Under the pieces are notes generated by a model. The model was not told the origin of the DNA and did no database searches. It saw only the letters and a list, made by a program, of their open reading frames with translations. 46,187 nt of DNA from a virus: IMG/VR virus record IMGVR_UViG_3300030334_000025. One strand, given 5' to 3'. A program made the translations under genes and the position numbers. Of the stretch, positions 24,429-32,728 are shown piece after piece. Position 1 is the stretch's first letter. Each line of letters begins with the position of its first letter.

Positions 24429-27132
24429 ATATGCGCGTGAGTACGTGTCGCGGTATGGTTTCCAGTTAGTGCCGATAGAGCCGGGCCGCAAATTTCCTAC
24501 GGCGAACGACTGGGGCAATCAGGTGCTGAGCGACCCGGATGCTGCCGATGCGTTTTATCGTGAGCATCCGAACTGGAATATGGGCCTAGCGTTAGGGCCG
24601 TCACGGATGTGCAGCCTGGACATTGATTGTTCGGAGTCGTTTGGCACGGTGCTAGACGAGTTCGGCATTCCACGCAACGCGCTGGATCACTACCCAACGA
24701 TTCAGGGTAGCGCTAAGGGCCGTCGCGTCATGTTTCGCGTGCCTGATAGCATGGCGCTGCCGTATGCCAAGCTGAATTGGCCGAAACGCGGCGCGGATAC
24801 GCTGTTTACGGTATTCGAGCTACGGGCTGCATGTGACGGCAAACAACGGCAGGACGTCCTACCCCCCTCTATCCATCCCGAAACACAACAGCCTTACCAG
24901 TGGTTAGTCAAGCCTCCAGCGGCAGGTCAAGACTTCCCGACACCGCCGGACTGGCTGCTGGCTATCTGGGAAGCGTGGGATAAATTCAAGCCACAATTCA
25001 AAGACGCTTGCCCATGGGCAGTCCGAGAACAAACGCCACCACCGAAAACGCCGCGCGAACCACGCGACAACCACGGCACCAGCGTTATTGACGAGTGCCT
25101 GAGTCGTGAGGATTTGCGCGCCACGTTGCAGCGTTTCGGCTACAAGCCCGTTGGTCGCCGCCGGTTTCTGAGTCCGCATAGCAACACTGGTCTACCTGGT
25201 GTTGTGATGTTTGACGGTGATCAGTCGTGCTGGATACATCATGCGAGCGACGAGCTGTGCAGCGAAGAAACAGGCCGCCCGGTTAACGCTTTTGATCTGA
25301 TTTGCCAGTTTGAACACGGCGGCGATGCAAGCAAGGCTGTCAAGGCGCTGGCGGACGAGTACGGCATTAAGCGCGAGCGCGTAAAATCGCCCCAGGCGGC
25401 TGCACTGGAAGCACCGCCGCCCGATATGCCACCGGATGACTTGCCGCCCGCTTGCAGCCCGGATGATGCCGACACGCATGCGCCAGATGATTTACCCGCT
25501 GCCGAGCCAGCGGCAGCCACCGAACGAACCAGCATGCCGTTTCGTGCGCTGGGATTCGACGGCGCGATGTATTACTACCTGCCGCGTGGGACTGAGCAGG
25601 TGTGCGAGATTCGCCGGGGCAGCCATACGTCGCCCGCTGAAATGCTAGCGCTCGCACCCGTCGAATGGTGGGATATGGCGTACCCAAAGGATAAATCCGG
25701 CACCGACTGGCAGGCGGCGGCATCGTCGTGTATGCGTGCGTGCGAGGCGCGTGGCGTGTACAGCCTGCGTAACGTGCGTGGTCGCGGTGCGTGGTATGAC
25801 GGTGGTAACAGCGTGCTGCACCTTGGGGATCGGCTGATTGTCAACGGTGAGGCTAAGCGCATCGCGGATCACGACACGCGATTCATTTACACACGTCAGG
25901 GGCCGATGGAGTCCACGATTGACGCACCGCCAGCCGATAATAACGCGGCTAACGAAGTGTTTAAGCTATTCCAGCAACTCAACTGGTCAACGCCGTTTCA
26001 CGGCTGGGCGATGGCCGGATGGACGGTGCTAGCGCCGATATGCGGGGCGCTCGGGTGGCGTCCGCACGTATGGCTGACGGCGCAGCGTGGCGCGGGAAAA
26101 TCGTGGGTGCAGGAAAACATCATTCAGCCCCTGCTTGGGCAGTCTGCGCTTATGGTGCAGGGCGGCACCACTGAGGCCGGGATACGTCAGCACCTCAAGC
26201 AGGATGCGCGCCCGGTGATTTTCGATGAGGCAGAATCCGAAGATCACAGCGCGCAGAAACGCATGAAATCGGTTATCGAGCTAGCACGACAATCATCGAG
26301 CGATGGCAGCGCGGAAATCGTGAAGGGCACCAGCGGTGGCGGTGGCATGGCGTTTCGTATGCGCTCGATGTTCCTGCTGGGGAGTGTGAACGTGTCGCTG
26401 AGTCAGGCCGCTGACGAGTCGCGGTTTACGGTCGTGTCGCTAAAACAGCCTGACAAAACTGCCGCCGAAATCGCCCGGTTTAATGAGTTCGTGCTGCATG
26501 TGGGTAATACGCTAACGCCTGAGCGCTGCGCTGCGATTCGCGCGCGGTCGTACCATCTGATTCCCGTTATCCGTAAAAACGCCAAAACGCTCGCGCAGGC
26601 CGTTGCAGAGACGCTAGGCAGTCAACGTATAGGGGATCAGGTCGGAACGCTGCTGGCGGGGGCTGTGAGCCTGTCTATGGATAGAGAGATCAGTATCGAG
26701 GAGGCGCGTGTCTGGACATCGAAGATAAACCTCGATGAAGCCAAAGAATCCGAGGAGGTGTCTGACGAAGGCATGTGCCTGAACGCGATACTGCAAACAC
26801 AACTCACATTCGACGCCGCCGGGCACCGCTACCAGCGCACGGTATCGGAGATCATCATGGCAGCGGGCGGTAGGAAGGCAATTAGCGGTGACGTCTACGC
26901 CGATGACTGCAACGCGGTGCTGTCACGGCATGGCCTGTTTGTAGACGGCGGGCTGCTGGTCATATCGAACACGCACAACGAGCTGAAACGGATGCTTCGT
27001 GATACGCCGTGGGCGGCTGGCTGGCGGCGGGTACTGTCGCGGCTACCGGGTGCCGATGTATGCCCAGCGCCGCAACGGTTCGCCGGATCACAGACGCGGG
27101 CTATACGTGTGCCGCTGGATTCGTTTTTGTGA
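24415..27132 (+). CDS. Primase-helicase: N-terminal prim-pol-like domain plus a C-terminal P-loop (P4 alpha/D5-like) helicase
   Basis: The N-terminus GFQLVPIEPGRKFP...WNMGLALG...SLDIDC is prim-pol-like. Walker A is QRGAGKSW and Walker B is VIFDEAE. A Pro/Asp-rich linker carries PDD(L)P repeats. Confidence 0.8.
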   Translation: MTINEYAREYVSRYGFQLVPIEPGRKFPTANDWGNQVLSDPDAADAFYREHPNWNMGLALGPSRMCSLDIDCSESFGTVLDEFGIPRNALDHYPTIQGSAKGRRVMFRVPDSMALPYAKLNWPKRGADTLFTVFELRAACDGKQRQDVLPPSIHPETQQPYQWLVKPPAAGQDFPTPPDWLLAIWEAWDKFKPQFKDACPWAVREQTPPPKTPREPRDNHGTSVIDECLSREDLRATLQRFGYKPVGRRRFLSPHSNTGLPGVVMFDGDQSCWIHHASDELCSEETGRPVNAFDLICQFEHGGDASKAVKALADEYGIKRERVKSPQAAALEAPPPDMPPDDLPPACSPDDADTHAPDDLPAAEPAAATERTSMPFRALGFDGAMYYYLPRGTEQVCEIRRGSHTSPAEMLALAPVEWWDMAYPKDKSGTDWQAAASSCMRACEARGVYSLRNVRGRGAWYDGGNSVLHLGDRLIVNGEAKRIADHDTRFIYTRQGPMESTIDAPPADNNAANEVFKLFQQLNWSTPFHGWAMAGWTVLAPICGALGWRPHVWLTAQRGAGKSWVQENIIQPLLGQSALMVQGGTTEAGIRQHLKQDARPVIFDEAESEDHSAQKRMKSVIELARQSSSDGSAEIVKGTSGGGGMAFRMRSMFLLGSVNVSLSQAADESRFTVVSLKQPDKTAAEIARFNEFVLHVGNTLTPERCAAIRARSYHLIPVIRKNAKTLAQAVAETLGSQRIGDQVGTLLAGAVSLSMDREISIEEARVWTSKINLDEAKESEEVSDEGMCLNAILQTQLTFDAAGHRYQRTVSEIIMAAGGRKAISGDVYADDCNAVLSRHGLFVDGGLLVISNTHNELKRMLRDTPWAAGWRRVLSRLPGADVCPAPQRFAGSQTRAIRVPLDSFL

Positions 27133-27153
27133 AGTGGTGGGAAATGCAAGATT

Positions 27154-27176
27154 AGCGCCCAAATGGGCGCTTTTTT
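27154..27176 (+). terminator. Intrinsic terminator ending the replication arm
   Basis: Stem AGCGCCC/GGGCGCT, loop AAAT, then T6. Confidence 0.85.
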
Positions 27177-27185
27177 ATGCCTAGC

Positions 27186-27469
27186 CGTTACGTTTCTGTA
27201 CCGCTGTAACGGTGCGTACCGGTCAAAAATCCAGTTTTTGTGATAAATATCAATAACTTATACAACCGTTACGTTTGTTACGGTACGCGGCAATAGATAG
27301 ACCTATAGAGATAGAGACTCATAGGTCAGCATGACAATATCTACCCCTCTCTATTAAATTAAATCTTTTTTAGTTATTTTTGTTATTATTGTCACATAGC
27401 TTTGATTTTACTGGATTTTTTAGCGGTACAAGTTTAATTAGGAGCGTAACGTCTGTAACGGGCGTAACG
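27186..27469. repeat. Module A: AT-rich core bounded by oppositely oriented CGTAACG heptamer arrays; paralog of 39181-39481
   Basis: Heptamers lie at 27186, 27206, 27267, 27277 (left) and 27445, 27455, 27463 (right), with 9-bp spacing. It shares the exact 17-mer CCGTTACGTTTGTTACG and the 19-mer GGTACAAGTTTAATTAGGA with module B. Confidence 0.85.
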
Positions 27470-27510
27470 ATAGCGGGGCATGGCTAGCCGGGCGCGGTTC
27501 AGTAATAGCA

Positions 27511-27579
27511 AAAACCTACCAACACCAACCACCACATAAAAATTACTCATTAGCCACCACGCCACGGCGGGTTCATACT
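27511..27579 (+). promoter_or_regulatory. Box-promoter element copy E1 (AAAACCTACCA...AAAAATTACTCATTAGCC-N18-CATACT)
   Basis: Box at 27549-27555, 18-nt GC-rich spacer, CATACT at 27574-27579. It lies 30 nt before ATG 27609, which has a GGAGGAGG RBS. Confidence 0.55.
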
Positions 27580-27608
27580 TTGGGTATCACAACGGAGGAG
27601 GTCAGGGC

Positions 27609-27971
27609 ATGAGCACAGGAATCGGACGGCATAAGTTTGTAGGTGGTGACGAATACGCTCGCAGTGCGTACAGCACGCCGAAGGCAATATGCCCTTACTG
27701 TGGCTATGACGGCTGCGAAGCAGATTATGTAGATGTTGGTGTTGGTATGGTTCAGTGTGGCCCGTATTACTGCACAGAATGCCACGCTAGCGAAGCCAGC
27801 TATTTGGATACAAGAGAGCTTTCAAACCAAGAAAAAGAAACAGGCTGGTATGAGCCGGAGTCCCCGGTAAGCGAAAACGCCAATACGGTAGGCGGGATGC
27901 TGGTAGATCATAAAACAGCTAAGGCTATGTACGTTAATGGCCTACTTGACAGTAAGGAGTTAAACCTATGA
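27609..27971 (+). CDS. Zinc-ribbon hypothetical protein, 120 aa
   Basis: CPYCGYDGC...CGPYYCTEC cysteine pairs. Strong RBS. Confidence 0.7.
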   Translation: MSTGIGRHKFVGGDEYARSAYSTPKAICPYCGYDGCEADYVDVGVGMVQCGPYYCTECHASEASYLDTRELSNQEKETGWYEPESPVSENANTVGGMLVDHKTAKAMYVNGLLDSKELNL

Positions 27972-28255
27972 CCACAACCAATATCCAAACAGACACCGCG
28001 CGTGCCCTATGCGCCCGCATACAGGCCGCAGCGATAAAATGCGAGGCTTACCATGTGTTTGTTGATTACGCGGCGCATACGAGCGGATTGACCATTCGCG
28101 TGCATGACTGCCGCATGGATTACAGCGCGCCACCTTCCACGTGGCCGGAGCCGATGCTTTACGAGACCGTCTACCTGAATGCCGAATGGTGCGATGCCGT
28201 CGCAAAACTAACCGAGATTGTTGATCAGCTACAGCGACTGGAGGTGGAAGTATGA
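27968..28255 (+). CDS. Hypothetical protein, 95 aa
   Basis: ATGA-coupled in the cassette. Confidence 0.65.
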   Translation: MTTTNIQTDTARALCARIQAAAIKCEAYHVFVDYAAHTSGLTIRVHDCRMDYSAPPSTWPEPMLYETVYLNAEWCDAVAKLTEIVDQLQRLEVEV

Positions 28256-28710
28256 ACAATTTTGAGCACGCAGAGCGACTTGCCGAGTTAACCGCCATGG
28301 GCACACATGAGCTGGCGCTAATGGTGATCAGGTTAGAGCGGGATGTCGACGCGTATCAGTTAAGCGATGAGCTACAGGTTGCGTTGCGGCAGCGGGGAGA
28401 GCGTGACGCCTTGCAGCAGCTAAACGCCGCCATTGAGCGCGAGGCGGCGCTGGTGCTTTATGTTGAACGGTTACTGGGATGCCTTGTTATTGACGACGAC
28501 GGGGCCGATATAAAAAAAGTCTCCGAACTAAAGGAAGTCATTAGTCAATCTCCCACCACTTGCCTCACCCGCCGCGATGCGCTCAAGCAGGCGGAGACGT
28601 TGGATGAGTTAGAGGTTGCGCTCAAGCAGTGCGGCTATGGCGACGCTGCTCAAGCAACACGGGTTCGCGCTAACGATAAACGCAAACAAGCCGAGGGCTT
28701 ATCAAAATGA
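28252..28710 (+). CDS. Coiled-coil protein, Ea22-like architecture; paralog of the next gene
   Basis: It shares the segment SPTTCLTRRDALKQAETL with EPTNALTRRDLIKQAEGL of 28707-29381. Confidence 0.65.
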   Translation: MNNFEHAERLAELTAMGTHELALMVIRLERDVDAYQLSDELQVALRQRGERDALQQLNAAIEREAALVLYVERLLGCLVIDDDGADIKKVSELKEVISQSPTTCLTRRDALKQAETLDELEVALKQCGYGDAAQATRVRANDKRKQAEGLSK

Positions 28711-29381
28711 CACCGATGGAGCGAATAGAGGGCGAGTTGAGCGACGCACAGAAGCGCATTGCCGAGCTAGAGTATTTGCTGGCACGCCAGGCTAAAGCCG
28801 CCCAGCGCGGTATGGATGCCGCCAAAAAAGCGGCAGGTTCAAATCTGGAACAAGCCAAGCGGTTACATGATGAGTGCAATCCGCAGGCGCTAGAGAGCGA
28901 GCGTGCTGCTAATGCACAGATGACTGAGCAAATAGCCAAGCTAGAGGCACACATAGCAGCACTAAGAGATGATCTCGAAATTCACCGTGCCGCTGAGGAG
29001 GCGTTGGTTGCGCATGTGGAGCAGTTAAGTTACGTCATCGTTGACGCGAAGCGTTGCGCTGCAGTGTTGGCCTTTCCCTCAAATTACAATGCTTCGGATT
29101 ATCAAAGCTTCGCAGACGCTGTGATGGGTAATATTGAAACTTTGAGCAAGCAAGAGCCTACAAACGCCCTCACCCGCCGCGACCTGATTAAGCAGGCGGA
29201 GGGCTTGCGATTGGCTGCGGATTTTATTGAGCAAAAAGCCACCGACTATGATGCCGAGCACGGCAGCACAGACCCATCGACCGGGCACCGCGAATATCCC
29301 GGTGATGGGGCTGATTATTACAACGAAATGATGGAGCTTGCCGATGACCTTCGCCAACGCGCCCAGGAGCTAACCGAATGA
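28707..29381 (+). CDS. Coiled-coil protein, Ea22-like architecture; paralog of the previous gene
   Basis: Long heptad-like A/E/K/Q N-terminus, with the shared LTRRDxxKQAE motif near 29165-29210. Confidence 0.65.
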   Translation: MTPMERIEGELSDAQKRIAELEYLLARQAKAAQRGMDAAKKAAGSNLEQAKRLHDECNPQALESERAANAQMTEQIAKLEAHIAALRDDLEIHRAAEEALVAHVEQLSYVIVDAKRCAAVLAFPSNYNASDYQSFADAVMGNIETLSKQEPTNALTRRDLIKQAEGLRLAADFIEQKATDYDAEHGSTDPSTGHREYPGDGADYYNEMMELADDLRQRAQELTE

Positions 29382-29584
29382 CCACCAGAACCTTCACCCT
29401 GATATACGGCAAAACCCGCGACACGATGACGGATGATCTAACGTTTGAAACGCTCGCACGGGCAAAAGTGGCGTACTACGCCATGACGATGAATAACTAT
29501 TGCGCGTTGCAGCGGGACGGGTATACGCTGATGAGTAATATTAACGAGGGGCCGGTATCGGCTAATTTGGGAGGCAATAGATGA
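29378..29584 (+). CDS. Hypothetical protein, 68 aa
   Basis: ATGA-coupled. Confidence 0.55.
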   Translation: MTTRTFTLIYGKTRDTMTDDLTFETLARAKVAYYAMTMNNYCALQRDGYTLMSNINEGPVSANLGGNR

Positions 29585-29802
29585 ATAGCGAAAAACGAGC
29601 AGCATTACTCGAGTATCTGGCCGGAACCTGCAACAGCCTGGATGATGCCGTTGATGAACTCGGCGTCGATTACGCAGAAGCCTGCGAAGTTTTAGCAGAG
29701 GAAGAGCTACAGATTTGCGAGACTTGCGGCTGGTGGAGCGAGACCTCAGAAATGGAGATCATTGATGACGAATACGTTTGCCATGATTGCTTGGCGCAAT
29801 GA
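29581..29802 (+). CDS. Acidic hypothetical protein with a CxxC...CxxC motif, 73 aa
   Basis: ICETCGWW...YVCHDC. ATGA-coupled, and the last gene before the terminator. Confidence 0.6.
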   Translation: MNSEKRAALLEYLAGTCNSLDDAVDELGVDYAEACEVLAEEELQICETCGWWSETSEMEIIDDEYVCHDCLAQ

Positions 29803-29838
29803 TCGACGCTCCTGTTTGGGGGCTGGTGTCAAAACAGG

Positions 29839-29867
29839 TTGACGGCAAGATGCCGGGGCGGTAATTT
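29839..29867 (+). promoter_or_regulatory. Sigma70-like promoter TTGACG-17-TAATTT that fires straight into a terminator
   Basis: TTGACG at 29839-29844 and TAATTT at 29862-29867. The terminator hairpin begins at 29881. Confidence 0.4.
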
Positions 29868-29880
29868 ATATGCAGCACGG

Positions 29881-29914
29881 CCCCTCTTGCGTACTGCGTA
29901 CTGAGGGGTTTTTT
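29881..29914 (+). terminator. Intrinsic terminator closing cassette C1
   Basis: Stem CCCCTC/GAGGGG, a 16-nt loop containing GTACTGCGTACT, then T6. Confidence 0.7.
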
Positions 29915-29924
29915 GTGCTAGTAT
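29914..29924 (+). promoter_or_regulatory. Extended -10 promoter TGTGC-TAGTAT fused to the terminator T-run
   Basis: TRTGn plus TAGTAT lies immediately after T6, about 30 nt before the next gene. Confidence 0.5.
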
Positions 29925-29953
29925 GGACGCAATAGAAACCAGAGGAGATGACT

Positions 29954-30181
29954 ATGCCAATTCCGCAAACGGTCGATGAGAGCGGCCATATCACCTATCA
30001 CCTAAATGCTGAGCAAATTGCCGCATTTGATAAGATTGTTAGTCAGCCCGCTGCTGAGTGTGAGTCGTTTGCCGAGCTGCTAAACAAGACGCCTATTTGG
30101 GCGCGCAATGCTGACGAAGATTGGGGCGTTTACGAAGAAGATCGCGGCTTACTCAAGATTGACGAAAACGATGGGTTTTGA
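29954..30181 (+). CDS. Acidic hypothetical protein, about 75 aa
   Basis: AGGAG at 29943-29947 favours ATG 29954 (6-nt spacing) over the track's 29948. Confidence 0.6.
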   Translation: MPIPQTVDESGHITYHLNAEQIAAFDKIVSQPAAECESFAELLNKTPIWARNADEDWGVYEEDRGLLKIDENDGF

Positions 30182-30183
30182 TT

Positions 30184-30564
30184 ATGGCTAGGCCAACCAA
30201 GATGACAGAGGAGTTAAAAGCGGCCTGCCTCGCTTACGTGCAGGATTATGAGATGCACGGGCACGCAGTGCCATCGGTCGCAGGCATGGCGGTTGTGGTA
30301 GGTGTGGCACGCGGCACCCTGCATCGATGGGCGTCTGAAAATACTGAGTTTAGTGACATATTAGACGCTGTTAACGAAATGCAAGAGTTTAAAGCCATGA
30401 ACGGCGGACTTACCAACACGTTTAATGCGCAGATTGTTAAGCTGCTGCTTGGAAAGCATGGGTATCACGATAAGATTGACAGCGACCACACTACTGCTGG
30501 CAAACCAATACAATCCACCCAAGACGCCGTGCTTAAGGCGCTGGAAGCAAAGTACCGGGAATGA
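30184..30564 (+). CDS. terS: Terminase small subunit
   Basis: ARPTKMTEEL...GVARGTLHRWASENTEFSDILD matches the common gp3-type TerS N-terminal HTH pattern (GRPTKYTxE...STIYRWxxxxxEF). It lies upstream of terL. Confidence 0.65.
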   Translation: MARPTKMTEELKAACLAYVQDYEMHGHAVPSVAGMAVVVGVARGTLHRWASENTEFSDILDAVNEMQEFKAMNGGLTNTFNAQIVKLLLGKHGYHDKIDSDHTTAGKPIQSTQDAVLKALEAKYRE

Positions 30565-30588
30565 CTAGCAAAGGGAACTATTACAGGG

Positions 30589-30594
30589 TACAAT
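30589..30594 (+). promoter_or_regulatory. -10-like TACAAT immediately upstream of a terminator hairpin and the homing-endonuclease start codon
   Basis: GGGTACAATTAAGCC. The same nested layout occurs at 34155 and 44859. Confidence 0.35.
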
Positions 30595-30595
30595 T

Positions 30596-30621
30596 AAGCC
30601 ACTGCACAGGTGGCTTTTTTT
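30596..30621 (+). terminator. Intrinsic terminator between terS and the GIY-YIG gene
   Basis: Stem AAGCCAC/GTGGCTT, a 7-nt loop and T7 running directly into ATG 30622. Confidence 0.7.
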
Positions 30622-31335
30622 ATGAAAAAAACATACGAAGTCTATGTAATAACGAACAGCAAGAACGGCAAGAAATATGTCGGAGTGACAACTCGCGGCT
30701 ACCAAAACAGGTTTGCAAATCACTTATGGCATTCTCGCAAAAATAGCGGCAATTGCTCGGCCCTTTATTCTGCCATCCGCAAGCATGGTGCTAACTGCTT
30801 TTCGGTTGAGCTAGTTGAGCAATGTTCAAGCTTCGAGGAAATGAACTCGAGAGAGCGCTATTGGATAAAGTCATTTAATACTATGTCGCCATCTGGATAC
30901 AATCTGACAGACGGTGGAGACGCTGGCGTATTCGTTGAATCGACAAGGATGAAGATGTCTCAAAGACTGAAAGGGTTGCCCATGTCTGAAAAAAACAAAG
31001 AGGGACTGAGGAACGCATGGTCAAACCCTGAGGTTCGTGCTAGTCGAATTGAAAAAATAAAAGAAGCAATGGCAAGGCCGGAGGTAAGAGAGGCTACTGG
31101 TGCAAGGCAGCGAGGAGTTAAAAAAACGCCGGAGCACGTCGCGTCTCTTAGAAAGGCAAGGGCTAGGAAGGTAACCTGCGTAGACACAGGTGAGCAGTTT
31201 GAAGCAATAGCAGACGCTGTACAGTGGGTTAGGTCGCAAGGCAAATACCCGAAAGCTAACCATTCAAAAATAATCCGGGCAACAAAAAGAGAAGATTACA
31301 CAGCATACGGATACAGGTGGAAGCTGTCATGTTGA
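30622..31335 (+). CDS. GIY-YIG homing endonuclease with NUMOD3-like repeats
   Basis: YEVYVITNSKNGKKYVGVT (GIY...YIG variant), RFANH, ERYWI, YNLTDGG. Repeated SEKNKEGLRNAW and TPEHVASLRKA motifs. G+C is low. It lies between terS and terL. Confidence 0.85.
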   Translation: MKKTYEVYVITNSKNGKKYVGVTTRGYQNRFANHLWHSRKNSGNCSALYSAIRKHGANCFSVELVEQCSSFEEMNSRERYWIKSFNTMSPSGYNLTDGGDAGVFVESTRMKMSQRLKGLPMSEKNKEGLRNAWSNPEVRASRIEKIKEAMARPEVREATGARQRGVKKTPEHVASLRKARARKVTCVDTGEQFEAIADAVQWVRSQGKYPKANHSKIIRATKREDYTAYGYRWKLSC

Positions 31336-32726
31336 GCGCTGATGATATTGCAGAATGCAGGTCTGACCTTTTGGCATACACTAAGGTTATGTTTAAAGCC
31401 AGGAAGGGGGCAAATTTAAAGCATAATTGGCACCAAGATGCTATATGCTCAGCATTGGAGAAGGTTGTTATTGGAAAGACCAAGCGGTTAATAATCAATA
31501 TACCGCCAAGGTCTGGAAAGACAGAGTTAGCCGTCATTAATTTTATAGCTTGGTGTATGGGGAATTTTCCTGATAGCGAATTTATTCATGCTAGCTATTC
31601 AAAAAGGCTGGCAACAAATAACACCTATAATGTTCGTTCAATCATGCAGCACGAAATGCATGCCAATATATTTGGCAGGCCTGCATTTCAAAACGACTCT
31701 AATGCGAAAGACGAATTTAGAACTATGGAGGGCGGGGTTGTTTACGCCACTGGTGCGGAAGGGAGCATAACTGGCTTTGGAGCGGGTAAAATGCGCGACC
31801 ACTTTGGCGGGGCAATCATAATTGACGATCCGCACAAAGCCGGGGAAGGCAATAGTGACACGATGCGCCAAAACGTGCTGGACTGGTTTAGCACAACAAT
31901 GGAAAGCCGGAAAAACAGCCCGGACACACCTATCATCGTTATCATGCAGCGGCTGCATGAAGAGGATTTATCCGGGTACTTGCTTAACGGCGGTAATGGC
32001 GAGCATTGGGAGCACTTGAACATTCCCGCTATCAATGATGCGGATACGTCATTCTGGCCTGAGCAGTTCCCGTTAGAGGACTTGCGCCGCATGGAAAGCT
32101 CAGACGCCTATCGCTTCGCAGGGCAATATATGCAGCGCCCGGCACCGATTGGCGGCGGCATATTCAAAGATGCTTGGTGGCAGTATTATCAACGCCTACC
32201 GCAAATGGAGTGGCGCGGCATATACGCAGACACGGCTCAAAAGACAAAAGAGCATAACGACTACAGCGTTTTTCAGTGCTGGGGTAAGTCAAAATCCGGC
32301 CAAGCGTATCTAATTGATATGATCCGAGGCAAATGGGAAGCCCCTGAGCTGTTAACGCATGCCCGTGCATTCTGGAATAAGCACAATGCAGTTCGTGATG
32401 CTGGCTTTTTACGGTCAATGAAGGTTGAGGACAAGGTTTCAGGCACCGGGCTAATACAAACGCTAAAACGCGAAGGCGTGCCAGTGGTGGATATACAGCG
32501 AGACCGCGACAAAATTACCAGGGCGATGGATGCGGCCCCGTTGGTGCAGTCCGGAAATGTGTACTTGCCGCAAGATGCCCCGTGGCTGTCTGAGCTTTTG
32601 GCAGAAACCAGCTCCTTCCCCAATGCCAAGCACGATGACACGGTTGACCCAATGATGGATGCGCTGTCAGATATGTTAGGCGGCAACGTGAGCGGCCCTG
32701 CTGTATTGCTCAAGAAACGTCGTTAG
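31329..32726 (+). CDS. terL: Terminase large subunit
   Basis: Walker A-like PPRSGKT, Walker B IIIDDPHK, and a nuclease domain with YADTAQKTKEHNDYSVFQCWG. AGGTGG lies 8 nt before ATG 31329, inside the 3' end of the homing-endonuclease gene. Confidence 0.9.
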   Translation: MLSADDIAECRSDLLAYTKVMFKARKGANLKHNWHQDAICSALEKVVIGKTKRLIINIPPRSGKTELAVINFIAWCMGNFPDSEFIHASYSKRLATNNTYNVRSIMQHEMHANIFGRPAFQNDSNAKDEFRTMEGGVVYATGAEGSITGFGAGKMRDHFGGAIIIDDPHKAGEGNSDTMRQNVLDWFSTTMESRKNSPDTPIIVIMQRLHEEDLSGYLLNGGNGEHWEHLNIPAINDADTSFWPEQFPLEDLRRMESSDAYRFAGQYMQRPAPIGGGIFKDAWWQYYQRLPQMEWRGIYADTAQKTKEHNDYSVFQCWGKSKSGQAYLIDMIRGKWEAPELLTHARAFWNKHNAVRDAGFLRSMKVEDKVSGTGLIQTLKREGVPVVDIQRDRDKITRAMDAAPLVQSGNVYLPQDAPWLSELLAETSSFPNAKHDDTVDPMMDALSDMLGGNVSGPAVLLKKRR

Positions 32727-32728
32727 GT

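Noticed and set aside
27186-27469. The CGTAACG arrays as a CRISPR array or tandem-repeat locus.
   Set aside because: The repeats are only 6-7 nt with 2-3 nt between them, and the arrays face in opposite orientations. Nothing resembles 25-40-nt repeats with unique spacers, and no cas genes are present.
30561-30746. A 61-aa plus-strand ORF overlapping the terS end and the GIY-YIG start.
   Set aside because: It spans the terminator hairpin and lies out of frame with the clearly recognisable GIY-YIG motif in the same interval.
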